Origin: Sphyrna mokarran
Taxonomy: Eukaryota
DNA length: 64,000 nucleotides
Direction of reading: 5' to 3'
NCBI GenBank assembly: GCA_024679065.1
Contig: JAGIQG010000023.1
Span: 38,812,001-38,876,000, forward strand
The notes under the pieces: generated by a model
Told to the model about the DNA's origin: nothing
The model's database searches: none
The model's input: the letters and a program-made list of their open reading frames with translations, nothing else
Shown: one piece after another, positions 26,840-40,244 of the stretch
Layout: every line of letters starts with the position of its first letter
How positions within the stretch are numbered: position 1 is the first letter of the stretch
Made by a program: the position numbers and the translations under genes

Positions 26840-28258
26840 CGTGAATATCCTTATCCTTGATGGAGCATTTGAATGTGCAATTGAAGCTGAAGCTTTTGCA
26901 ACTATCTTTTTTGTCAGAAGTATCAAAGATGATAAATCTTTCCCTCGTTCTGATGTCTCCATCACAGATGCAGATCTTCAGCCAATTCAATTAATTCCAC
27001 GTGATGTCAAGCAACTGCTCAGTGCTGTGATACAGTGATGGTTATGGCCCTTGATGGCATATTGCTGAACACTTGTACTCTGGAACTAACTTTGCCTCTG
27101 GCCAATCTTTTCCACTACAGCTGTAACACTGGCATCTACTTGACAAGATGGAAAATTGCCCAGGTATTTCCCATTTAGAAAAAGCAGGACACATTTGGTC
27201 TGGCCAATTGCCACACTATTAATCTATTTTTATTAGCAAACTGGAAGGTTTTGTTGACAGTGCTATCAAGAGACACTTAAACAGCAGTAACTTGCTCACT
27301 GCTGAATTTTGAGTTCCCTCAGTGTTGCATTGCTCTAGACTTCATTACAGTCTGTGCCAAATGTGGGCGAAAGATCTGAATTTCAGGAGAGACTGCTTTT
27401 GACATCGAGGCACTATTCAACTGTTTGGCATAGTAAAATTGAAGTGGATGAGAATTGAGAGTTCGGAAAGATGATTTTTGTTCGAATCATCACCTTAGTC
27501 CAAAGATATAACTGCAGATGTTCCTTTGGCCAGTGTGGCCAGGCCCAATTATTTTTAGCTACTTCATCTGTGATCTTTCCTCCACTATATGGCTGGAAAT
27601 GCTGCTGTTCTGTTATTGCTCAGTTTTGAGTTTCACTTGCAACTCTTTGAGGAAGAAGCCATTCATACTTGCAGCAAAATATGAATCATGTTTTAGGATT
27701 TGTCTGATAAATGGCAAGCAATATTTGTGCCACAAAAGTACCAGACCACCACCAACAAGAGTTTAACCACTTCCCCATTGCACTTAACAGCATTCCTCTC
27801 AATTCACTTCCTGGACCTCACCTAGGCTCAGAAACTGAATGGGGCAAGTCACTTAACTATTGCAGTTACAAGAGCAGGTCAGAAACTGGGAATTCTGTGG
27901 CAGGTAGCTCACCTCTTAACTTCCCAAAACCTCTCCCCTTGAGCTCCAACATTCAAAGCTCATACCATCTGGAGTTAAGCAGGCCATTTGGTTGGCACTT
28001 CATCTATCATCTTGAGTGTTCACTCACTTAGTCAGAGGTGCATAAAAGCTTCAGTGTGTACTAGCAATAACATGCTCTGCAGCAAGTCATCAGGTGTCCC
28101 CTTTGGCATCTCCCACTGCCTTGAAAGACTAGGTCAGCAGCCACATCAGACCATCTCAAATAGACACCGTCCTATCTTGGAAATGTCTCACTGCCATCAT
28201 CACCTAGGTTAAAATCCTAGAACTCCCTACTTAACAGCATAGTGGGGAATACCTTCAT
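26840..28258 (+). mobile_element. Degenerate non-LTR retrotransposon RT remnant (CR1-related clade)
   Basis: Residual motifs ITDADLQPIQLIPRDVKQLL, GPDGI-like (ggcccttgatggcat), tggaaaattgcccaggta (WKIAQV), gcttttgacatc and aactccctac (NSL). Many stops and frameshifts. Confidence 0.7.
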
Positions 28259-28357
28259 AAGAACATAGAAGCCATTTGGATCTGCTCTGCCATTCAGTAA
28301 TTCCACTTTGAGTACCACCTCCCAGCCACAATGAATTCTACTCTTGTAGGTCAAAAG

Positions 28358-28726
28358 TTTTTGAGTATCCTAGTGCTTCACGTCGTTAGTGTAGGCTTGA
28401 CCCGGACCATTTGATGGGCAACACAACAGCTCAGTGACTATCCCTATGCTGTGCAGATACATGGATTTGGGCCTGTGTCTTGGGAGTTTGCGCATTCTCC
28501 CTGTGCTTGCGTGGGTTTTCTCCAGGCGCTTTGGTTTCCTCCCACCTCCCAAAGATGTGCTCTTAGGCTAAATGGCAAAACAAATTCTCCCTAAATTGTC
28601 TCAAATTTGGTTTTTAATCCATAGATAAATAAACATTGACAGGGATCACAGGTAGAGGTGGGAACATCGGGGTGGCAGCACAGGCTTGTTGGGCCGAAGG
28701 CCCTGTTTCCTGTGCTGCTTTGTTCT
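28358..28726 (+). mobile_element. Chimeric CR1/V-SINE LINE family, copy 1 (~370 bp of the 3' end)
   Basis: Close reverse-complement match to 49692-50070 and 62950-63325. Ends with the tail ggcttgttgggccgaaggccctgtttcctgtgctgctttgttct. Confidence 0.9.
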
Positions 28727-28729
28727 AAA

Positions 28730-30250
28730 AACCTGTGACTCGGTCCACTGCTGTCTAAGATTTTTAAAAATTAACAACCCATTGGGAAAAGTTGTTCCTC
28801 CATATTGCAGACTTAAATGTGACATCCTTTATTTTGAAACTATGCTTCCGAGTTGAGGTTTCCTCATGAGGGGGAAGAACCTCAATGTTTACTCCTGATA
28901 AACCTCCTCCCAATCTTAACAACACTCAAATTTGGATGAGTGTAGGCCAACATGCATAACCTTTCCTCCTAAAACAGCTCCTTAATCCCGGAAATCAGTC
29001 CAGTGAACTTGCTCAGAGGTGCCTCCAATGCAAATACATCTTATCCTTAAATAAGGAGACCAAAACTGTACACTTGTGCAGTCTCATCAATGTCATGTAC
29101 AATTGTAGCAACTGTTATACTACCATCTCCTTTCAATAAGGTGAGTACTCCATTTACCTTTGCTGTACCTGCATGTTGTGCTATTGGGATTAGATACGAG
29201 AACACCCAGATCTCTCTTGCAACATTCTGCAGTCTCTTGCCATTTAAATTTTTTCACCCACATTACCTGCCATTTTGTTTTCCACTCAATCTATCTGCAT
29301 CCATTTGCAGAATCTTGTATCCTCCCCTCAATTTGCTTTCCTACCTATATTTTGTATCGTTCAGTATTTTTTATATTGTTCAACATTTTTTAATGGCAAG
29401 TATTAGGCTAACTGGCCTAGAGTTTCCTTCTTTGTCTGCTTTCTTTGATTAGAGTGGTGTTATATTTGTGCTTTCAAAATCACAATGTAAGAAACTTTGG
29501 AAGATTACAATCAATGCAGCCACTTCATTTCAGGCCCTTGGATGGAACCATCAGGTCCAGGGAACTTGTCAGCCTTTATTCGCATTACTTTTCTGTAGCT
29601 GATGGTGATTTTGTTTTAATTTTTTTCTTTGTGCCTTTTGATTTTTCTAACTATTCCTGGAATGCTTTCTTTTTCTGTCTTAAAGACAGATACAAATACT
29701 TGATCAAAGTCTTGGCCATTTCCTTGTTTTTCATTAATTCCTTATTCTCCCTTTCTAAGGGACTAACATTTTAGTTGCTCACTCCCTTGTATGTTTGTAG
29801 AAGGTCTTCCTGACTGTTTTTGTATTTCTTGTTTCCTTTTATTCTCCCTTATAATAAGTCATCCTTTGATTTCTAAAACTTTCAGCTGTAGGCCTTTTCA
29901 TTTGATACAATTCTTAACTTCCAAAGCTAGCAAAGGGTTATATGTGCTTCTCGTTGAGTCTTTTATTCTCGGTGGAGAAATTTCTTTTTAGAGCTATGAA
30001 TTATCTCAAATGTTTGCCATTGCTTTTCTACTTTAACCTATTTTCCTAGTCCAATTCTCTCTCTATAATCTTGTAATTGCCTTTAAGTTTAATACACTAG
30101 GTTTCAGTTTCTCACCCTGAACTTAAATGTGAAATTCTGCATGTTATAATCACACTTCCCCAGAGAATTCTTTGAGATCATTCATTAATCCTTATTGCAC
30201 ATTGCTTAGCATGACAGAGTTTGACCTCTGTTTGATTCCAGAATGCAGTT
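28730..30250 (-). mobile_element. Old CR1-type LINE remnants
   Basis: aaataaggagaccaaaactgtacac (reverse = VQFWSPY) followed by decayed ORF2-like sequence; no intact frame. Confidence 0.6.
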
Positions 30251-31170
30251 GGACTGGTTTTACTGTCGTCGTCATGAGGGCTGGAGTGGGAAATAAGTGA
30301 TGACTTTGCTAATGGCCCCTGCTCACATGAAGAAATAAAAGACACTATGACCCTGGCGTTTATTAAATTGATTGTGGTGATGAGTGATATGACCTATATT
30401 TAGTAATTTTGCAAAGTTGAGTAATTGTAGACTAGTGTTTTTAAAATCCTAAAATGCTAGGAGAAAAGCATTGCATGGTCCCTTTAATAGATGGTAATTT
30501 TTCTGTGCTTGGACAGTTAAAATTGAGTGCCCAACATGAAATACTTGAATCAAAAGACCAAGTAGTAGTGTTATCAAGGCAACAAACTTCCGGGCTTTTG
30601 AATTTAGCCAATCAATTTGAATTAGGCTCTTAAATACCAAGAACCTATTAAATTTAAATTCTATGGTTTCAGCAACCAAGGACCTATTGTGGGAGATATT
30701 GATGTCATCGCAAGTAGAAAAGGAAGGGAGCAGTGGAACAAGTAGGGAGGGTAACACCACTTAGCACAGCTCTTAGCTTCTCTAGATAGCAGATATATCA
30801 AAGAAGAATCAACAGAGCAGACCTAGAATATTCCAGAAGATGCAAAACCTAGTTGTAATTTAGAGTATCTAAAATTCTATTTTTTTGAGTGGGAAGTGTT
30901 TGTTGGAACAGCATTCCATTAGAATCATGTTTTATTCGGTTTGTTAGTTTATTTATCGAACAGTGAACGACTTATTGATTTTAGTGTGTCAGTTACTTTG
31001 ATTCAACCACTAAAAGTTGCTAAAGAGCAATTGTACCTCTTTACAGATTATAGGGCGATGTACTCTTTGGTTAGGTGTTAGTTCTCAGCTATATAGCAAG
31101 TAGATGTTTGTTAAATCTGCTAGTTGTTTGTAAACAACTGCTTTCAGTCTTTGGGCTACATCAATTTTTC

Positions 31171-31312
31171 TAGTAAGAAGTCTCACAGCACCAGGTTAAA
31201 GTCCAACAGGTTTATTTGGTAGTGGCATTTGCTACCAGATAAACCTGTTGAACTTTAACCTAGTGGTGTGAGACTTCTTACTGTGTTTATCCCAGTCCAA
31301 TGCTGGCACCTC
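31171..31312. mobile_element. Penelope-derived fold-back (palindromic) short element with apparent target-site duplication
   Basis: Inverted arms at 31172-31222 and 31232-31282. Flanked by catcaatttttc (31159) and catcaattttttc (31313). Confidence 0.75.
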
Positions 31313-33722
31313 CATCAATTTTTTCCATACAGCATGTATTTGATTGACAATAATGTTTAAGCATGCTGGAATAGTAATAAATAGTTTGTGGCAGTTACTC
31401 TTGCTCTCCTATGTTTGAGACATTTAGCAAATGTATGCTTTGCAGTTAATTCGAACATACTGTCTGAGGGATTGGGTTCTAAATTTTTGTGGAGATCAAA
31501 GCATATTTTATATGGTTGCAGTGTGTTGGATTGTTAGTGTGACACTGAAAATTGGCATGCATTTGCACCTGTAATTTCACACCACAAATTATGCATTCAG
31601 TTCTTTTGCTGTGGAGGGATTTGATGAAGAAACTGGGGCAGAATTTAATCATGGTGACCGGGGTGTTGCCTGCTGGTTGGAGAAGCAGTGGCAGTCTTAT
31701 ATTGTCTAATTGGAGAAGTCATGATAAAATTAACTTGCCAGCAGACCTTTCCTGGATTTCTGAACTCTGCAGCGGCAATCCCGCCTGTCTGGAATCAGAA
31801 GCTAGCATTTCTGGAGCAGTGTCAGTTGCTGATGAAGCACCTAAGGCGAGGCCTAGGATTGCAGAAGGAGTCAGGCTACAGGCAAGTGAGATGTGCTTGG
31901 GATCATGGGATGCAATCACCAGCTTTTAGGGAAGGTGTGGGGAAGGAAGGTTGGTAGAAACTATGCCCCATCCTACCCCCACAATTTGCTTGTTGGTCTC
32001 CCCATTTTGTCTGCAGCTGGTTAAGTGGACATTAATTGGCATATGGATGGGAATGTCTTCCATGAGGGGAAGGGGTGGGGAAAATAAGAGAAGCTTGGAA
32101 TACTCACATTCTCCTGCTCCCATTTCACCCCCACCACCTCTAAGTATGCCTCTAGGCAGCATTCAGTTTTGCTGTTTCCTGGCAGTGTTATGATAGTGCC
32201 ATGCAGTTGATTTGAGTGGTAAGATATTAATTTAATATGCAGTCATTTGTGTGCTGTTGGCAATCTTTGAAAAATTTGGAGGATGGAGGTAAAGAAACTG
32301 AATTTATGCTCTGACAAAAAAGATGGTGCACAGCTAATGTTTTACTCCACTCTATTCATGGAGACACTTTGAAAGCATGTATTCTTCTCTACTCCTAGGC
32401 TTAGATCCTGCATATCCTCCAACAGTCTGGGTGAACTGCTCCTGTTTGGAACTGACTGTGGGGTAGTGTATTTGACATTTGTTTTTGTCTTCTGTGGAGA
32501 AGTTTCTGGTCTCTCACTCCCAAACCACTGTTAGAGATTTGAGTAGAGACACAGTCTTAGACTGACCACAGTGTATAATGGAGCTTCAGTGTTATTGTAG
32601 GAGTAGAAATTGTGTAGTCTGTGATATCAGTTAATTCAGTATTACTACTATTGCCTTCCCCTAATTATTTCTGAATTTCTCCAAATTCCAAAAGTTGTAG
32701 CTTCGCAAACTTTATGAAGTTAACAATTTTCTTTTCAAAATGAAACGTTAGTTGAAACATTATTTTTTTGATGGACTAATTTAATTCTGTTTAGGCAGTT
32801 GTTGCCTTGAAACCTATTGGTTCAATAGAGCTTGACAATTAGACCTTTGTAACAACATTGAAGAGGCTTTTGAGGTGTATTTTGCTCTTCTGTTGAAAAG
32901 GGGCCTATGAAGGACAGTGAGAATCTTAACTGTACCCCTCGTTAGGGGGCTTGGCTCAAGTTGTTTCTCTGCAATTTGAAAGATTCTTTCCAAGCTTCTA
33001 GGTGCCCAGTTTATAGCATTGAAATGCTTCTAGAAAGCTGTCCTTTTATGGCTGTATTATTTATGTGAACAGATTGCAGTTTTATGATCTTGTAGACTAT
33101 GCAAGATTTGAATCTTTACCCAGGGTTCCTTTACCTTAAGTTCTGCTCACTTGTTCTTTTAGAGGCTCTACTTTATTCAACTTTCCTTGAATTCATGAAG
33201 GGGCAGAAATGGATGCAGATTAACTTTTATCTAACTATGTACTCTAAACTGGACACTTTTTTAACTGCTTATATAATTTCATTTCCTTGCCTTATTTGAT
33301 CTGTAGATTGAGTTCCCCTTGATTTTGAGTGTTGTGTTCTAGTCTTCCCATAGTGCTGCACTGTATCTCAACTTTTGGAAGCTACTCCAATTACCCACAG
33401 GCTAAGGAGCATTACTTGGGTTGGCAGGGCACACTATGGGAGATGAGGAATCCCCGATGGCATCAATCTTCTGTCTCAATTTCTTCTGCCATTTCTTTTC
33501 CCAGGTGACCTGTTCCTCGACATCCCTTACATTTTATGCAAGTTATATGATCATTTGGAATAGTGTGCAAGTGTATTTGTTCTTTGAATATTTTCATTTG
33601 GTTCTGTATCTGTACCCTTCTCAGATTATGATGGGGAGTTGTGCTGTGCCAATACTCTGAGCTGCTGGGCCTCTTGACATCTGTTTTATGGTTTTCCTTA
33701 TTTGGGTATTGCTTTGGAAAAC

Positions 33723-34450
33723 TTTTTTATTCATTCGTGGGATCTGGGCATCATTGGCTTGGCCAGCATTTAATGTTCATCCCTAATTGCCCTTGAAGGT
33801 GGTGGTGAGCTGTTGTCTTGAACTGCTGCAGTCCATGTGATGTAGATATACTCAATGCTGACAGGAGAGAGCTTCAGGATTTTGACACAATGCCAGTGAA
33901 GCAATGATATATTTCAAAGTCAGAATGGTGAGTTACTTGGAGAGCTTCCATGTGTATGCTGCCCTTGTCTTTTTTGGATATTAGTGCTTGTGGGCTTGGA
34001 AGGTGACACTAAGAAGACTTGGTGAGCTCCTGCAGTGCATCATGTAGATGTGCAGTGTTGGCACTGCACTGGCACTGGAGAGAAGGAATGTTGTGGATAA
34101 AGTACCAATCAAATGGGCTGCTTTGTCCTGGATGCTGTCAAACTACTTGAATGTTGGAGATGCACTCATCTAAGCAAGTGGTTACTGTTGATTATATCAT
34201 GCTTCTAATTAGTACCTTGTAGATGCTAGCTAGCTTCAGGGAGTCAGGAGGTGAGTTACACTTGGCAGGATTCCTAGCCTCTTGATCTGTTCTTGTAGCC
34301 ACAGCATTTTTATGGCTAGTCCAGTTCAACTTCTGGTAAGTATTGAACCTAGGATGATTGGGGATTCAGCAATATGAATGCCAAGGAATAATGGTTCAAT
34401 TATCTCTTGTTGGAGATAGTCATTGCCTGGCTCTGTGCGGTGCAAATTTT
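33723..34450 (-). mobile_element. 3' part of the CR1-related LINE family seen at 26840-28258
   Basis: Begins at the tail tttttattcattcgtgggatctgggcatcattggcttggccagcattt...ccctaattgcccttg. Related fragments at ~6385-6465, ~21985-22085 (+) and ~58555-58935. Confidence 0.7.
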
Positions 34451-36460
34451 ACTGCATAGGAAATGTTACATGATAATTCTGTTTTGCTACATCTTCTCAT
34501 CGCCATTTTGCCCATCTCCTCTTAACTAAATTAATATTTATTCCTCCTAGTACTGATAACCTTCCCTTAAATAACATGTTTTAATGGCTATCTACTGAAG
34601 AATGCAAAATGTTTAATTGACATGTTCAGAGCTATGGGAGACTGATCTGAGAAATTTTCTAACTTTGACATTGTAACATTGAGCATATGGCTACTGCCTA
34701 TTCCTGCACAGCTAATGTTTGTTTCCGGTACCAACATGCAAGAATTTGGATAAATTGGATAGTTAAATATGGAACAATGTCATCAACCCACGTACCCTCA
34801 TCACACCTCTGTCTGTCTGAGGCCAATTAGTACCTGTTGGTGTTGAGCTAACTGGTGCTGTGACTGGGGAAAATATGAACCCTGCATTTGGATACAAATT
34901 CTGCTTAAATTTTATGTAGAAAATAGAACATTCCAGCACAATACAGGCTTTTTTCTACCTCTCTTTATGAAAGTTTGAAATCTATTTACTTGGACCTTCT
35001 GGGAGTTTGTTCACTTTCACTCGATTTAAGATGAGTGAAGTAATCTATTGCCTGAACAGCATTTGGATGACTTCCTATCTGAATTGCACTGTGGAGTTTA
35101 CATTGATTTACATTAATTGAGTTTACAATTACAACGTTTGTAATTGGCCTATACGTGTTGCTCTTCCTTCTTACCCCTCTTAATTTTTATATAATTTCCT
35201 GATCTCCATGTGCTGCTTTGATGGACAAAAGGTGGTGAGATATCTATATATTTAAAAAAAAGTGCTAGTCGCAAATTAATGAGTTGCATTTAAGCAGATT
35301 GACTGTTTAATCAGATGATATGTATAGCACTTGTTTTGATGGGCATGATTGGGAAGAACAACATTTAGAGATGCTCTTGAAAGAAATGATTACAGTTGTC
35401 TGCATAAATATATTAAAAGACTGACCATGGACCAGCATTGTAAGCATTCCCAATACCTGTTCATTGGCTGATCTCTACAGACAAGAGAAGTGTGATGTTT
35501 GATCTAAGACCAATGCTAAATTAACTGATCTCAATTGGACAGCAGTACTAATGCTGTAACTGACCTCGGATTTTGGAAATTCGTTCTTTGTTATCCCAAA
35601 TGCCCTAGACGCTATTAAAATTTATCCACTTAACGTTGAGTGAGAAAAGTACAAGCTGATAGTACTTGCATTTAAGGTTGATGATATAGTTGTTGCCATC
35701 AGTCAGATAGAAACCTTTTAGATTTTAAATGTAATTGGTGAAAAAGATAACTGGTGGGGTATGGGTAGTAAAATGCTTTGATAGTTTATTCTTGAAATCC
35801 CCACTGCACAGGGTTGCAAATCTGAACCATTGCCAAAAAAAAATAGATTTTATTGGGAAAAGTTCATTTGAATCAAGTGTGCATTGTTCCTACAGACTGG
35901 TTAGAGAGATGTCGTACTGTTTTGTGATGAAATCATGAATAAAAAATTGGGAATCTTTTAACAATTCAAAACATTTGGTCTAGGTAGTTGAAGTGTAAAC
36001 AAATACAGCAGGTCTTGTGCACCAGTGATTCTTATTTTCATGTTACTATGTTAACATTGTTAACAGTTTTAAAACTGTATATGGTAGAGAAACTTTACCT
36101 GCATGTTGTGAAGTTTCAGATTGTTCAGATCTGTATACATACTGCTGTCTACTAACTTAGTATTGCAAGACTAGCGAAGATTCAATACTATTTAGCTGCT
36201 TATTAAAGGTTAACCTGAATAACAGGCTGTATGCCAGTGTCTTTAGTTATGACAGTGTTATTTATTAAACAGGATAGCCCTAAAGGTGTACAGATCCCCT
36301 TTTATAAAAGTTGGTATTTGTGTTTTCATCTGTGCTTTTTAGCAGGAAGCTCGTAGTCCATTACTGCAAGCCCATAAAAGAAGATCTGAATATTTTACTG
36401 TACGTGTACTAAGGAATGTGAACTACATTTAAAAGTTAACTCTCTTTTTTGGTGGTTTAG

Positions 36461-36558
36461 GAAGTATTTTATCTGACATACACACCTGAAGATGTTGATG
36501 GAAATGTCCAACTTGAAACAGGAGATAAAGTTTCTTTCTCCATGGAAACAAACAAACA
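36461..36558 (+). CDS. CSDE1: CSDE1 exon
   Basis: ggtggtttAG|; EVFYLTYTPEDVDGNVQLETGDKVSFSMETNK(H); CA|gtatgt; 98 nt. Confidence 0.97.
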
Positions 36559-37419
36559 GTATGTATAGTCACCTTTTATTCAATCTGGGGTATGTTTTTT
36601 GCAATTGTTCTGCTATTAATATCCTGAATGGATGGTATTTTATAAGGGACCAAATATCTTACTCAAATTCATTCTACACCACAGACCAGTTAAATCATTT
36701 CTGTTAGTAGCCAATCTCACTATATTTAGTGAATTTTAGCGAGACATTCATGCTCTTTGCTGCCATCAAGCTTTGAACTGACCCCATTTTTCAAAAAGTA
36801 AATAAGTTTGACTCCCTTGTTAATCAAAAATGGAGTCACTTCAGCCTCAATTTCCATAATTATCATTGTTCTGATTTCCAGTCACCTGTAAGTGGATTAG
36901 ATAGTATTGATTTGTCAGAAATTATGTACCAGTGAACAAAACTTTTGTGGGAGTATTTTGTATTCCTCACAAAAGTTACCAGCTTAGCTTTCAACAGTCT
37001 GCCTTCACCTGGCCTGCCTCATGGCAAAAGTAACATGCTAGTTCCTTTGAATCATACTTCCCTTCCACACTGTCTCATTTACTACATGGTTTTTATAGTC
37101 TTATCATACCCCTCTTAGTGTTCTGTTCACTATCACTTGGCCCTCCAATTTCTGACTGAGTTTGTTGCCACCTATATGTTTGTGGGATCATTTGTGATCA
37201 GCCAAAACTGCTGCCTCCCTTCTAGTTCCCTGGGTGGGACCTGGATCTTAAAGGAATACTATTTTTAAATTCCTCAAAGATTTTCAAAACCTTGATCAAG
37301 CTTCATTTTGCTATATCATTGATCAAATGCCACTTTTTCTCCCTGTTCTGCAAATCTGATTATCTCATGTCTAATTTCCACACTTTGTTTGTCTATAAGC
37401 TTTATAACTGTACGCTTCA

Positions 37420-37593
37420 TAGTCCAAGAATGTATGGATTAGGTGGATTGGCCAAGCTGAATTGCCCCTTAATGTCCCGGGATGCGTATGTTAGAGGGAT
37501 TAGCAGGTAGAATGTAGGGAACAGGGCCTGGGTGGGATTCTTGGTGCAGACTTAACGGGCCGAATAGCCTCTTTCTGCACTATAGGGTTTCTA
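37420..37593 (+). mobile_element. HE1-like V-SINE 3' half
   Basis: agtccaag...ttaggtggattggccaagctgaattgcccc...gggcctgggtgggatt...gggccgaatagcctctttctgcactatagg. Confidence 0.8.
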
Positions 37594-38839
37594 CCTCGCG
37601 TATTAACATAGTTAATATTTTAATTGTCTGTGAGTGTTGATTTGAAAGGGCTGAATAAAACTCTGATTTTCCTACCAAACCCTTTGTAATAGCGTCTCTT
37701 GACTGCCATAACTTTGTAGCAACTTAATTTTAGTCTTGGGCAAGTGCCCCTATATGTTAAATCTGATCAATTGTAACAACTGCCTTCTATTCCCTATTCA
37801 AAGCTTTTATCTAATTCAAATGTTCGTGTCTCTCTCTCTCTCTCCCCCCCCCTGCCACCACCGCCAAAATTCTACATTTTTCTTTTCATCTTTGAAATTC
37901 TGATTTAAATTTTTGCATTTCTTTTCCTTTTTTTCCATTTTTCGCTTTCTTTTCTGAATTCAATTTCTTTATTTTTTTATTCTGGTGGCTACATTTTTAA
38001 CTGAAACCTAGCCATTTCAATTTTTTTGTATATAGATTAACTTTTTTCCCCTCAAGATTCAAGTATTGTGCCAATATTTCAACTGTTTGACTTATCTGCT
38101 ATTCTTTCAAATAACTGTAGCACTCCCAGGACAGATTTATTTTTTAAGGAATGTTTCAACAATCAACATAACCAACACAGCAAAAGCCACTGAAATCTTG
38201 TTTGTTTAAACTCTGGCTAAAACCATGTACTTATCTCAGCCTGTGGATTCAAAATACCAGACAGGTCCCCAATTTATGATCTTGGTAGAGATTGATCACT
38301 TTATAAAATGAATTTCAGCTTCCACTTAATAACTGAAGGGATAAAGCATCAAAATTTCATGTTTTTTGTTTGAACTGTAATGCAAGATAAAAATATTCTT
38401 CATTAAACACTGTCATAGAACTGAACTTTCCTTTTTCAGCAGAACTGCCCTTTTAAGTAGACAGCCAATTTTTCTGAACCAGTCCAAAATGATTCTAGCA
38501 GAAGCTAAGTAAATCTTTCAGCCTCATTCTAACGCCTCACAAATTTGATCTTTGCAATCAGAATGCACATCTCCATTCCTGTGTAGTGAACCATAAAGTC
38601 TTGTGTGCTTAGACTAACCTTGGCTGAATTTTCTCTGGTATCTTTGAATCCCTTCCTTCACAGCCTATCTCCATGGCAATGTAAATCACGTGGGCCTCAA
38701 AGTAGAAATGCTGAATTGTCTATCCTTGATACCCCAACTCTTTATCTTTGAAGTAAATGGACAGTTTAAGGTGCAGCTGCTGACAACCTGACCTTTACTC
38801 GGGTCTCATAGGCTTCTGCCATTGTCTCAAAAGTGCATC

Positions 38840-39170
38840 TTTTTATTCGCTCATAAGATGTTGACATCGCTGGCTGGGCTGTCATTTATTGTCCATTCTT
38901 AACCCAATTCAGAAAGGGGCATTTAAGACAACTGCATGGTTGTGGGTCTGGAGTTATGTAGGTCAAACTGAATAAAGACAGACTTCCTTCTCTGCAGGAC
39001 ATGAGTGAACCAGAAGTTTTTATGACAATTGACAATGATTTCATGGTCATTAGATTTTTAATTCTAGAGTTTTATTGAATTCAAATTCCACCATCTGCCG
39101 TGGTGGGATTTGAACCCAGGTCCCAGAACAATGGCCTACATTGCTGGATTACCAGTGACAAATTATGCCT
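38840..39170 (-). mobile_element. Second tRNA-derived SINE family, near full length
   Basis: Minus strand has the B box gggacctgGGTTCAAATCCcacc. Its 3' tail resembles the LINE tail at 33723. Other copies at 7515, 45112 and 49060 (+). Confidence 0.75.
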
Positions 39171-40069
39171 CTTCTATATATTTAAGCCAATAGCTGCTTG
39201 CAGTGCTAATCCAAAATAACAGTACAAGATAATTAGAATTCTCATGATTTGATATATTGTGTTTTAGAAAACCAAATCTAAAGTTTGCACTTAATGTTGT
39301 GACTTTTTTGGTCAGGAAATTGTTGCCATGCTCCTTTCTGAAAAATCCAGTTTTCTTTAATTGACATAGTATTTGTATTTCTGCTAACTGAAATCAAAGA
39401 TATTGCCAGCCTGAGTAGTTTCATTTGATGAGCAGCTCCTTTTGCAAGATTGCCTTATTGCATTAAATATTATATTTCATTTGTTAATTGGTCAGGAACC
39501 ACCAAGGATCTTTGGAGTATGCTCTGTCTTACAAATCGTTTATCTTGCTATTGTTTGCAGAACAGCAGAGTTTTTTTAAAAAAAGTTGCTGTGCTTACTT
39601 TTGTATCAAATTTCTCATTTTCCTGTATAGTATTCCTGAAAAGCTCAATTTTCACCTGTTGTGTTTCCCATCTAGCATGAACTTTTTGTAGATGCAGTTT
39701 CTTTGTATTGATCTATCTAATATTCTTCCTTTAAAAAGCTGGTATGTTATTCCCGAAAGAAATATGATGCAGTGGTGCCAAATTTGAATGGCTCTTGACC
39801 TATTGTATTTCTTCCTTTTTTTGAATGATGGGCTATTGTGTGTGAAGGTTGAACAGCATTCAAAGAATTTGGAAGGCAGCATTAAATCTCTGTGTAATGC
39901 TTTACGTTATTCTAACTGGAGTCAGTGCCTTTAGGGTAATTGTGAAAAATCTGTTTACACTTCTAAAATTATTTAGTTTTGTCTATTGATGTTTTTGTGC
40001 TTTATGAACTGATATCTTAAGTGTAAAGATTGGGACATTGCATTAACTACAAATGGTTTTGTTTCTTAG

Positions 40070-40151
40070 TACTGGTGCTGTAAATGCTCACAACATTGTA
40101 CTGGTGAAGAAGAAACCGGGTCGGTGTCAAGGTGTAGTTTGTGCCATGAAG
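40070..40151 (+). CDS. CSDE1: CSDE1 exon
   Basis: ttttgtttcttAG|; (H)TGAVNAHNIVLVKKKPGRCQGVVCAMK; AAG|gtatgt; 82 nt. Confidence 0.97.
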
Positions 40152-40244
40152 GTATGTGTTCTGGGCTATTCTGCATCTTTAGTGAGTGGAGAGAGTTTAT
40201 ATTTGGAAAGCTGGCAAATCCCTAGTTAAAACAACAGAATTCAG

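Noticed and set aside
28370-28552. Similar short ORFs at 28370 (-) and 49848 (+) ending SNGPGQAYTNDVK
   Set aside because: They are antisense translations of the repeated LINE 3' UTR, not a gene family.
31552-32193. GC-richer patch with several overlapping ORFs
   Set aside because: No recognisable protein motif or splice fit. It may be a decayed non-autonomous DNA element, but I could not find matching terminal repeats.
36330-36460. Possible extra 54-nt in-frame exon (36346-36399, EARSPLLQAHKRRSEYFT) after a TAGCAG acceptor
   Set aside because: Weak donor (act|gtacgt), it would leave only a 61-nt intron, and there is no similarity to the CSDE1 sequence I remember.
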